Positions 1 through 6,615 of a DNA stretch of 42,639 nucleotides are shown here, piece after piece. Position 1 is the stretch's first letter, and each line of letters opens with the position of its first letter. Origin of the DNA: a virus; IMG/VR virus record IMGVR_UViG_3300045988_020191, positions 1-42,639 of that record; one strand, 5' to 3'. The notes under the pieces were generated by a model. It searched no databases, was not told where the DNA came from, and saw nothing but the letters and a program-made list of their open reading frames with translations. The position numbers and the translations under genes are program-made.

Positions 1-119
1 CGGTCTCACATTGTCCGGGCGCTACCCGGCCTCTGGCAGGGACGGTTGGGAATCGAACCCACCCAAGCGGTTTTGGAGACCGCCTCGCCAGCCTTGGAAC
101 ATTCGCCCCTAAATGCCCC
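1..119. repeat. 119-bp direct terminal repeat, copy 1 (identical to 42521..42639)
   Basis: Read directly: bases 1-119 recur base-for-base at 42521-42639, exactly at the two window ends. This fits a circular or terminally redundant phage genome assembled with an end overlap. Confidence 0.95.
34..110 (-). tRNA. tRNA-Trp(CCA)-like element, 77 nt, non-canonical
   Basis: Minus-strand read: AGGGGCG AA UGUU CCAAGGCU GGCG AG GCGGU CUCCAAA ACCGC UUGG GUGGG UUCGAUU CCCAA C CGUCCCU G CCA. It has a 7-bp acceptor stem (one G-U), T-loop UUCGAUU, GG in the D-loop, anticodon CCA and an encoded CCA end. However, the D-stem is mostly G-U, the T-stem has a G-A mismatch, and there are two extra unpaired nucleotides. 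Confidence 0.6.
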
Positions 120-361
120 CGCTGGGCCACATCGTTGAGAGGTGCGCGGGGTCCTGTGCCGCATGAGAGGTGCGACCTCTCGGCCCTGATCGCGGGCTGC
201 ATCGTGCGTGCGGCATATCGCGGGGGCGGTGTGAGAAGATGAAAAGCACCGCGCCCCGCTATGGCGCAGGAGGTAAACGCCATAAATGAGAGAACCGCAA
301 AGGCTTTTACACCTCTGCGATTCTATTATCTCATAAGCAAATGGCTTTTTAAGGCCAACTT
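111..361 (-). ncRNA. candidate structured non-coding RNA, 5' part (continues across the circular junction into 42169..42553)
   Basis: No credible ORF on either strand. Nested helices: 286-291/329-334, 292-303/312-323, 260-266/278-284, 220-231/247-259, 157-163/209-215, 165-171/175-181, 117-122/146-151. The 12-bp helix 292-303/312-323 closes with two G-U pairs only on the minus-strand transcript. Confidence 0.4.
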
Positions 362-673
362 TTAGTCATCGAGCAGCCCATAGTTCCGTGCTACGCACTT
401 GATAAAATCGGTATGCCATCGTCTCGCCGTTCGGTCGGAACAGCTGACCGCCATCGCCGCCCCTTCGAGCGTGTGTGTCTTGTCCCAAAACACAAGGCGG
501 ATAAATCTCAAGCGCTCTTCGCCGTCTTGCATTGCCCTTGTTTCGCTCACCGCTTTTCGCACAGCGTTGTTTTCTAACAAAGCCACTCCATGCAGCTCCT
601 GCTCTCGGTTGGTGGCATAGCGGCGGATAATGGCTTTTACATAGCCCCACCAACTGTAGCGCGGCTTACTCAT
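362..673 (-). CDS. RinA/ArpU-like late transcriptional activator (sigma-70 region-4-like HTH)
   Basis: ORF track, 103 aa. The C-terminal CSDRTARRWHTDFIKCVARNYGL looks like a region-4-type HTH. It is the last gene of the early operon, immediately upstream of the packaging region. Confidence 0.55.
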   Translation of the reverse strand: MSKPRYSWWGYVKAIIRRYATNREQELHGVALLENNAVRKAVSETRAMQDGEERLRFIRLVFWDKTHTLEGAAMAVSCSDRTARRWHTDFIKCVARNYGLLDD

Positions 674-1145
674 GGCGCGCTACCTTTCTCTTGAACCACG
701 CCCACAGGTTGCGCCACGGATGGGCTTCTGCGTAGGTAGCGCGCCCAATCTCCAAAGCGGCTCTATCCGTCATTTTAGTTACGTCATTCCGCAGCGCGTT
801 CTTTTCAGCGGCAGAATACGTCAACTCTGCATTCGCCCGCCCAAGCGCCGCCTCAGTGTCAGCGAGCTTATTTCGCAGCGAATCCGCGTCCGCTTTCAGG
901 TTTGCGATCTCGTTCTCGCGGGTGATGGCCTCGCCGTTCATTTGGTCAAGCTTCTCAGTCAGCACGGCGTTCGAATGCATCTTTGCCATCAAATTATTTC
1001 GCAGCGCAATCGTTTTTGCCGTTTGGGATTTCAGTTTTTCAGCCAGCTCTTCATTTTCTTTTTCCTGCGATTTAAGCCTTTCGGCGGCTTCCTCCACCAT
1101 CTTTGCCATCTGGTCTTTGGTGTACTTCTTCACATTGATGCTCAT
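666..1145 (-). CDS. coiled-coil protein, unknown function
   Basis: 159 aa with a K/E/A/L-rich heptad-like sequence. It overlaps the next gene by 8 nt (operon packing). Confidence 0.6.
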   Translation of the reverse strand: MSINVKKYTKDQMAKMVEEAAERLKSQEKENEELAEKLKSQTAKTIALRNNLMAKMHSNAVLTEKLDQMNGEAITRENEIANLKADADSLRNKLADTEAALGRANAELTYSAAEKNALRNDVTKMTDRAALEIGRATYAEAHPWRNLWAWFKRKVARHE

Positions 1146-1306
1146 AATTTGGCTCCTTTCATTCGTAGCTGTTCTTCCCGCCCCCGGTCGCTCACGATGC
1201 TTACGACCTTGCAGTCGCCGTATCGCTCGATATCCATGGCGATGCGCTCCTTGATGCCCTGCGCATCAGCGGCGGGGACGTTGGCTTTAATCGTGATCGT
1301 CAGCAT
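1142..1306 (-). CDS. hypothetical small protein (54 aa)
   Basis: Internal ATG at 1306 (MLTITIKANV...) preceded by GAGGAAAAG. The longer track ORF would overlap the upstream gene. Confidence 0.45.
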   Translation of the reverse strand: MLTITIKANVPAADAQGIKERIAMDIERYGDCKVVSIVSDRGREEQLRMKGAKL

Positions 1307-1505
1307 GGTTGTTCTTTTCCTCAAGCTTTTCGCGCAATTCCAGTACCATGTCCGCATAGCATTTTTGGCACAAGATAGCTTGCTCATTTCTTCCGTTGAA
1401 GCGAATCCTCGTATAGTCGTAATACGTCTTGAAGAACAGCCTTTTTTTTACTGCAACTCTGGCGCCACACACATCGCACGTTCTTTCTGCAAAATACTCA
1501 GCCAT
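1287..1505 (-). CDS. hypothetical zinc-ribbon-like small protein (72 aa)
   Basis: ATG at 1505 (MAEYFAERTCDVCG...) preceded by GGAGGGAGG. It has CxxC ... CxxC spacing. Confidence 0.55.
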   Translation of the reverse strand: MAEYFAERTCDVCGARVAVKKRLFFKTYYDYTRIRFNGRNEQAILCQKCYADMVLELREKLEEKNNHADDHD

Positions 1506-1507
1506 AA

Positions 1508-1774
1508 TTATTCCTCCCTCCGCTCGCCGTAGCTGCAAAAATCGTCTGGCTCTACACACACCGCATCGCCGGAATACCCGCGGGCATTTGCCTTTGACTC
1601 CGTATGTAGGTAACACAAACCGTTTGGGTGGTTGCGATAGTGCTTGCAGTCCTTGCACCGCGTCACTACCACAGCATCAACGGTGGGAGCGTGTCGAATT
1701 TCGTCAAGTGCAAGAAGGTCTTCATCGGATATTCCAAACTGGTCTTCCAATAAATCAGCGTCAATCAAGCGCAT
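1508..1774 (-). CDS. hypothetical Cys-rich protein (88 aa)
   Basis: ATG at 1774 (MRLIDADLLEDQF...) preceded by GGAGGTGA. The product has a CKDCKH motif. Confidence 0.55.
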   Translation of the reverse strand: MRLIDADLLEDQFGISDEDLLALDEIRHAPTVDAVVVTRCKDCKHYRNHPNGLCYLHTESKANARGYSGDAVCVEPDDFCSYGERREE

Positions 1775-2114
1775 CGTTGTCACCTCCGTCCATCTTCGCG
1801 CCACAGTTGGGACAGTATAGCTTGCGATAAGTCCGTTCTCTACCACTTTCGCAAATAGCAACAACTTCATCGCAGTTTGTACAATACCAATCGCCGTCCG
1901 CATCTTGTTCCCACCGCCCATGCACCACCGGCGCAACGTCGGTAAGTATCTTAACTATTTTATATTCAGCTCTTCGCTTCATTCCAATTTCTGCTGCGTG
2001 TGGAAATAACTTCGTTATTTTCCCTCTCTCTAAGTCTGCGGATGTTCTATTGTAATTTAAAAAAATTACATCATCTCCGATATTAAGGGTTTGCCCCAGA
2101 AAGTCAGTTGCCAT
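1761..2114 (-). CDS. hypothetical protein with C-terminal zinc ribbon (117 aa)
   Basis: ATG at 2114 (MATDFLGQ...) preceded by AGGAGGGC. The C-terminus has CTNC ... CPNCG. Confidence 0.55.
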   Translation of the reverse strand: MATDFLGQTLNIGDDVIFLNYNRTSADLERGKITKLFPHAAEIGMKRRAEYKIVKILTDVAPVVHGRWEQDADGDWYCTNCDEVVAICESGRERTYRKLYCPNCGAKMDGGDNDALD

Positions 2115-2283
2115 TGTTAGCCCTCCTGTTCCACTTTTCGACGATAAATTTGGGTTCGCTATATACGCCACTTTCAAAATCACACTCTGGGCAGTATATA
2201 TAGCACTCTTTCGGGCTGTTGCCATCTACTGTTTCAAGTATTGCTTCTCCGCCGCAGAACGGGCAAGGTTTCAGGTCAAACAT
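2104..2283 (-). CDS. lar: Lar-family restriction alleviation-like protein (59 aa; below the ORF-track cutoff)
   Basis: Hand translation: MFDLKPCPFCGGEAILETVDGNSPKECYIYCPECDFESGVYSEPKFIVEKWNRRANNGN. The KPCPFCGG ... C..C ... WNRRA pattern is typical of Lar-like proteins. The ORF overlaps both neighbouring genes by 8-11 nt. Confidence 0.6.
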   Translation of the reverse strand: MFDLKPCPFCGGEAILETVDGNSPKECYIYCPECDFESGVYSEPKFIVEKWNRRANNGN

Positions 2284-2803
2284 TCTTCATCGCCTCCAAT
2301 GCTTTCCCCGCCTCTTCGCGGGTAAGAAACACAGTCTTGCCGATTTCATCAACCGGTACGCCGAAAATGGATTTATCAACAAACCCGGCTACAATATCCC
2401 ATTCAATGAATGTACAAAACAATTCCACGCGAATTGCCTTTACTCGGTATTCGCTTATGGTTTTTCGACTTGTAACCTCATACACCGTATCTCCCGCCTT
2501 GCACGGCGGCACCACCAGCCGCCCGTCCCTGTCGGCTTCAGCCAGTTTCTCCAACCGGTCAAGATCGCAGTTTCGGCACAGTTGGCGAAGCGTCTCTGCG
2601 GCTTCGTGATCCATGTCGATTTCCTCCGGTTCCCGTTCCGTATCCTCATATTTCACCAGCCGGTCTAACAAACGATTGCGGCAATACAGTGCAGTGCAGT
2701 CAACCATCGGCTTACCATGCTTACCCGTCCAATCCGCTTTGCACTTCTCGCAGTCCATCATTGCCTGTCCATCGTTGTCGCGCTTCGTCAGTCGTTCCAT
2801 CAC
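2276..2803 (-). CDS. hypothetical protein (175 aa)
   Basis: ORF track. ATGA-type overlaps with both neighbours. Cys-rich N-terminus. Confidence 0.6.
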   Translation of the reverse strand: MMERLTKRDNDGQAMMDCEKCKADWTGKHGKPMVDCTALYCRNRLLDRLVKYEDTEREPEEIDMDHEAAETLRQLCRNCDLDRLEKLAEADRDGRLVVPPCKAGDTVYEVTSRKTISEYRVKAIRVELFCTFIEWDIVAGFVDKSIFGVPVDEIGKTVFLTREEAGKALEAMKNV

Positions 2804-3159
2804 TCCGCCTCCTGCATCCAGAACTCACGGCGGCAATCTTCACATTTACGGTCTGGGTCTGCGCACAATCCGTTACTGTCTCTATCTCTATAAGCAGCAG
2901 AAATAGACGTTGGGCAAAACTGCATTAAACCATTCACATCAAGGCTTGCCTCCGGATAATGCTCCAGGAACACGCTTTGCCGTGTCTTGCGCGGATGTTC
3001 CTTGGACCACTTCTCGACGGTAGCGACAATTCTTTCGCACTCTTCATTGGACGTGCTGGTATTGAGGCCACAATTACCTCTCTCAAGCGGGCATCCGCCA
3101 CAACCCTTGTAGCTGTTACACATTCTTTTGCGTTCTTTCAAAAATTCAAAAGCGTCCAT
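2800..3159 (-). CDS. hypothetical Cys-rich protein (119 aa)
   Basis: ORF track. Contains CGGCPLERGNCG and CEDC motifs. The ATG at 3159 abuts the upstream stop. Confidence 0.6.
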   Translation of the reverse strand: MDAFEFLKERKRMCNSYKGCGGCPLERGNCGLNTSTSNEECERIVATVEKWSKEHPRKTRQSVFLEHYPEASLDVNGLMQFCPTSISAAYRDRDSNGLCADPDRKCEDCRREFWMQEAE

Positions 3160-3939
3160 TTATGCCTCCATTCTGTCGATCACTTTTCGAATCACATCGC
3201 CGCCGTAAGCGTCTTTCGTCAACTCCAAAAACTCCGTAAGCGTCATCATGCCATGCTCGAGGTCAACACCGTGGTCACGGGTGAACTGCTTTCGTCCCAT
3301 GTCACACGATCCGGTCAAGCGGTGGTGCCAGTCGTAAAAGTACTGCGTCGGATACGTTTTTTCGCGGTCTGTCTCACTCAAGAACATCTCAATGCGATCA
3401 TCTTCCGGCATATCATCAAATAGTTTGTCTCGCAACGCCTCCATTGCTTCGCGCAGCGTTTCGCCGTGTGCGAAAATGTCGCCCTGCTTGACGATGTAGC
3501 ACGGTGTGGTCGTCAAATCATTGTTCACGATCGCTCCGTGCGCAATGTTGCCGCACACGGAACGAATCAGCGTATTCACACCGTCAATTCGATAGACCGG
3601 CTTTCGGTTGAAGCGTTTAATGCCGGAGCCGTAGCCGGAGCCGTCGCCGGAGCCGTAGCCGTAGCCGTAGCCGTAGCCGTAGCCGGAGCCGTAGCCGTCG
3701 CCGTAGCCGTAGCCGGAGCCGTAGCCGGAGCCGTCGCCGTAGCCGGAGCCGGAGCCGTAGCCGTCGCCGTAGCCGTCGCCGTAGCCGTAGCCGGAGCCGG
3801 AGCCGTAGCCGTCGCCGTAGCCGTCGCCGTAGCCGTAGCCGGAGCCGTAGCCGGAGCCGTCGCCGTAGCCGGAGCCGGAGCCGTAGCCGTCGCCGTAGCC
3901 TACAAGCAAAAAGTCTTTAATACTCTCAGCAAGCGTCAT
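3160..3939 (-). CDS. protein with ~93-aa Gly-Tyr-Gly-(Asp/Ser) low-complexity N-terminal region and a globular C-terminal domain
   Basis: ATG at 3939 (MTLAESIKDF...) preceded by AAGGAG and overlapping the upstream stop (ATGA). It is followed by (GYG[DS])n, then IKRFNRKPVYRIDG... Confidence 0.65.
   Translation of the reverse strand: MTLAESIKDFLLVGYGDGYGSGSGYGDGSGYGSGYGYGDGYGDGYGSGSGYGYGDGYGDGYGSGSGYGDGSGYGSGYGYGDGYGSGYGYGYGYGYGSGDGSGYGSGIKRFNRKPVYRIDGVNTLIRSVCGNIAHGAIVNNDLTTTPCYIVKQGDIFAHGETLREAMEALRDKLFDDMPEDDRIEMFLSETDREKTYPTQYFYDWHHRLTGSCDMGRKQFTRDHGVDLEHGMMTLTEFLELTKDAYGGDVIRKVIDRMEA
3622..3900. repeat. in-frame hexanucleotide tandem array (GCC-GTA / GCC-GGA / GCC-GTC), ~46 units
   Basis: Read directly. 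The array encodes the GY-rich tract. A 60-nt block (3715-3774) recurs exactly at 3841-3900. Confidence 0.9.
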
Positions 3940-4226
3940 CTCTTCCACTCCTTTACGCCGCGGAGAGATACCGATGCCGCATCCGTGCACGGAATGATCT
4001 GGATTGCCCCCAGCACGGTCATTTCCGGGATCGTCACGGTAAAACGGCAGTTGCCCGGTGCTTTTGTACCGTCCTGCGCCAACTGCTCCACGGCACACGC
4101 GCCGTCCCAACTCCACAGCTTACGCACCTCAGTCATAGTGACCTCGGATCCGTTTCTCTCCTTGATCTTGCCGAAAAACACGCCTGCGCGGTCGCAGCGA
4201 ACGATATAGTCCTGATTGTTGTTCAT
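3936..4226 (-). CDS. hypothetical protein (96 aa)
   Basis: ORF track. Operon packing. Confidence 0.6.
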   Translation of the reverse strand: MNNNQDYIVRCDRAGVFFGKIKERNGSEVTMTEVRKLWSWDGACAVEQLAQDGTKAPGNCRFTVTIPEMTVLGAIQIIPCTDAASVSLRGVKEWKR

Positions 4227-4250
4227 GATAAAAATTCCTCCTGATTTTTG

Positions 4251-4436
4251 TTAAAATTTAAAGCTCTCTCTGGGCGTCTTCCCGTTGATATCTGCCTCCG
4301 CTGTAAAGTAGCGGTGGCGCTCGTTGATGTAGACGACGCGCCCGTGCGCAGTCGTCTCTTTCGTGGTCACGCTCATAATGCCGCTCGCGCCCTCAAAGGC
4401 TGCGGGTGTCCAGCTGTATGTGTCTCCGATGTTCAT
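4251..4436 (-). CDS. hypothetical small protein (61 aa)
   Basis: ATG at 4436 (MNIGDTYSW...) preceded by GGAGG. Confidence 0.5.
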   Translation of the reverse strand: MNIGDTYSWTPAAFEGASGIMSVTTKETTAHGRVVYINERHRYFTAEADINGKTPRESFKF

Positions 4437-4449
4437 GCGTCCTCCAATT

Positions 4450-4680
4450 TCATAAAGCAGCCCCAAAAGGTTTGTGACTTCTTTCCGCTATGATGCCCGA
4501 AAAGGGGGCGCTCACCGATTGCTGCCCACCCTCGATAGCCTTGAGCGCATCGCCAAGGATATGCCACTCAGGGTGGTCGCCGGACGGCTCCTGAATGTCG
4601 CACGAGTAGGCTTCATGCCCCAATGCGCGAAACGCCTTGCATACTTCCTGCGATTCCTCGCAAGCAACCAGAACTTTCAT
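4450..4680 (-). CDS. short ORF (76 aa) resembling only the N-terminus of a phage MTase-like family; possibly a truncated remnant
   Basis: ATG at 4680 with an ATGA overlap. MKVLVACEESQEVCKAFRALGHEAYSCDIQEPSGDHPEWHILGD matches from memory the start of longer phage proteins, but no downstream PPC-type motif is present. Confidence 0.35.
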   Translation of the reverse strand: MKVLVACEESQEVCKAFRALGHEAYSCDIQEPSGDHPEWHILGDALKAIEGGQQSVSAPFSGIIAERSHKPFGAAL

Positions 4681-4922
4681 ATCCTCCCCTCGCATTCCCC
4701 GAACATCTCCCGGAACGGCTTCCCGGTGATCTCTTCCAGTTTGAGCAGGAATTTCACCGTGCACTCGCAGTCACCGAACGTCCACCGAATGATGGTCGAT
4801 TGTGCTACGCCGCACTCTTTCGCAAGCTGGATCTGCGACAAGTCCGTCTTTTCCAGCGCTTCTTTCAGGGCCGGATAGACGCATCGCTCGAACGGGGTCT
4901 TTGCCCGATGCACTCTCAACAT
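4677..4922 (-). CDS. HTH domain protein (81 aa)
   Basis: ATG at 4922 (MLRVHRAKTPF...). The segment LSQIQLAKECGVAQSTIIRW is HTH-like. Confidence 0.55.
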   Translation of the reverse strand: MLRVHRAKTPFERCVYPALKEALEKTDLSQIQLAKECGVAQSTIIRWTFGDCECTVKFLLKLEEITGKPFREMFGECEGRI

Positions 4923-5152
4923 GTTGACACCTCCCCAAAGTATTTCGCATATTCCCTGTCGCTCCACGTTGTCCAGACACTCGCGAATCTGCGCTTTTTC
5001 TGTGGATTCTGCCGCATGGCATAAATAGCATGTGATACCGCGCTGAGGTCAACGCCACACTTTTTGGCAAGCTCTGTCGGCGAGTCTGCCACGCAGGTAA
5101 CAACGCCTGCATGCTTGTGGTCAAGCGCCACATACAGCTGTCTGTATTTCAT
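4916..5152 (-). CDS. hypothetical HTH-like protein (78 aa)
   Basis: ORF track. The segment SPTELAKKCGVDLSAVSHAI is HTH-like. Confidence 0.5.
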   Translation of the reverse strand: MKYRQLYVALDHKHAGVVTCVADSPTELAKKCGVDLSAVSHAIYAMRQNPQKKRRFASVWTTWSDREYAKYFGEVSTC

Positions 5153-5164
5153 CTTTTCGCTCCC

Positions 5165-5359
5165 TCATTTCGTTCGTTGGTAGCGCCTCGTCTTAAACTG
5201 CCGCGCGCCCCAATAGGCGCCGCGTTCCTGCGTTTGGCGCGCTTCCGCTTCCTTCGCCTCGTTGTACTTGGCGATATCCGCCTGATAGTACGGGCAATCG
5301 CTGTGGCAGCCTACGTGCCGCGTTGGCGGCTTGCAGCTGTGGCAGTGCTCAAAACTCAT
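5165..5359 (-). CDS. hypothetical Cys/His-rich small protein (64 aa)
   Basis: ORF track. Contains HCHSCKPPTRHVGCHSDC. Confidence 0.5.
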   Translation of the reverse strand: MSFEHCHSCKPPTRHVGCHSDCPYYQADIAKYNEAKEAEARQTQERGAYWGARQFKTRRYQRTK

Positions 5360-5360
5360 C

Positions 5361-5798
5361 TCACACCTCGCGGATCGTGATGCCGTATTTGTCCTGCATC
5401 AGCTTCTTTTTGAGCAGGTAGTCTTTCGTTTTCACGCCCTTCGCGTCCTCGACCTCGCGCAGCCAATACACCGTGCCGTTGCAGTCCGGATCGGTCGCCC
5501 GCTCGTAGGTGAAATCCGCACGATAGACCATCGGCTTGATCCTCTCGCCCTCGATGGTCGTGTAGCCCTCCACGAGGGTAAAATTTGCTTGCAGCCTCAG
5601 ATTGCGGATCTTGCCCATTGCTCGCAGCACTTTCAGCTCACCGAACCGCGCCGCCTCGTGCTCGGAATCGAACTTGATACCGTCGCGCACGACCTTGCGG
5701 TTCCCGTACTTGTTGCGTTTCTTGACTTCCTGCACGGCCATCTTTGCCATGACCTGTGCTTGAGCGTCTTTGCCAAGCTGAGAAATATCAATTCCCAT
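5361..5798 (-). CDS. DUF1064-like protein (RecU/resolvase-like fold family)
   Basis: ATG at 5798 (MGIDISQLGK...) preceded by GGAGGG. The segment NKYGNRKVVRDGIKFDSEHEAARFGEL is typical of DUF1064 phage proteins. The gene lies after the loader gene. Confidence 0.6.
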   Translation of the reverse strand: MGIDISQLGKDAQAQVMAKMAVQEVKKRNKYGNRKVVRDGIKFDSEHEAARFGELKVLRAMGKIRNLRLQANFTLVEGYTTIEGERIKPMVYRADFTYERATDPDCNGTVYWLREVEDAKGVKTKDYLLKKKLMQDKYGITIREV

Positions 5799-6615
5799 TG
5801 CTACCCTCCAACACCGACTTGACATGCCGCAGGCGCTTATTCGCCTTATCCCGCCGCAGGTTGTCGCCCTTGAATACCAACGGCGTGCACATCTCGATTA
5901 CGCGGTCATAAATGCGCTGATAGTCCATGTTCTTCGGCTTGCACAGCTCGTCCAGCGTCAGGTTCGTGGTGACAATCAGCGGCTTTTTGGACTTGTAGCG
6001 CTCGTCGATGACCGTGTAGACCGTCTCCATCGCGTACTCGCTGCTTCGCTCTGCGCCGAGATCGTCGATCACCAACAGCGGGTAGTATCGCACCTGCTCG
6101 ATGATTTCCTGCTTATCGTATCCCGCATTGAGGATTCGCGGGAAGCTCGTAATCATCGCCGGGATACTGCGGTCAATCAGCTCGTTGGCGATGCACGCCG
6201 CCGCGAATGTCTTTCCGTTTCCGGTGTTGCCCCAAAGCAGCAAGCCGCTGTTCTCGCGCCGCACATCGTCCCATGCGTCGGCATAGCGCTTGCACTTGAC
6301 GATTTCCTCGCTCATCGTTGCCGTGTCAAACCGGCACGCCGTCAGGCTCTTGTCGCGGATTCCGTCAGCACGCAGCGTTTCGATGCGCAGTCGCTTTTCG
6401 CGGTCAGCGCGAGCTTTTTTCTCGGCCTCGTATTCTCGCGCCGCGCAAGCGCACTGGCACCCGACAAGGCGGACGCTCCCGCCGATGGGGATCCGGCACT
6501 GCTTCGGCGTGTTGCAATGGCCGCAGTACAGCAGCCCGTCTTTCTCGTAGTCGACCAGATCGCGCACAGGCTCGGCCTTTTCCGCGATGCTGTCAATCAA
6601 TGCGTCAACGTTCAT
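5788..6615 (-). CDS. DnaC/IstB-like AAA+ helicase loader
   Basis: 275 aa. Walker A GNTGNGKTF, Walker B LLVIDDLG. The gene is adjacent to the replisome organiser. Confidence 0.85.
   Translation of the reverse strand: MNVDALIDSIAEKAEPVRDLVDYEKDGLLYCGHCNTPKQCRIPIGGSVRLVGCQCACAAREYEAEKKARADREKRLRIETLRADGIRDKSLTACRFDTATMSEEIVKCKRYADAWDDVRRENSGLLLWGNTGNGKTFAAACIANELIDRSIPAMITSFPRILNAGYDKQEIIEQVRYYPLLVIDDLGAERSSEYAMETVYTVIDERYKSKKPLIVTTNLTLDELCKPKNMDYQRIYDRVIEMCTPLVFKGDNLRRDKANKRLRHVKSVLEGSNGN

Noticed and set aside
34-110. The tRNA-like element as a suppressor tRNA indicating stop-codon recoding
   Set aside because: The anticodon is CCA, which reads UGG (Trp). Genes in this genome end in TAA, TGA and TAG without unusually short ORFs, so there is no sign of a reassigned stop.
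1-119. The terminal 119-bp direct repeats as attL/attR of an integrated prophage in a tRNA-Trp gene
   Set aside because: The repeats coincide exactly with the window ends and contain a whole tRNA-like element rather than a partial one. A separate classical attP lies next to the integrase at 16650-16900: a 3' tRNA fragment with arm repeats. No host-like genes flank the element. A circular assembly overlap or terminal redundancy explains the repeat better.
269-335. AGGAGG (269-274) followed by a 16-codon ATG ORF (286..335) on the plus strand as a leader peptide
   Set aside because: The AGGAGG is the complement of a hairpin loop. The helices in this region close with G-U pairs only on the minus strand. 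No plus-strand promoter or gene context exists.
3622-3900. The hexamer tandem array as a CRISPR-like or satellite repeat
   Set aside because: The units are 6 nt long with no spacers. The array is perfectly in frame inside a well-supported ORF, where it encodes a Gly/Tyr-rich tract.
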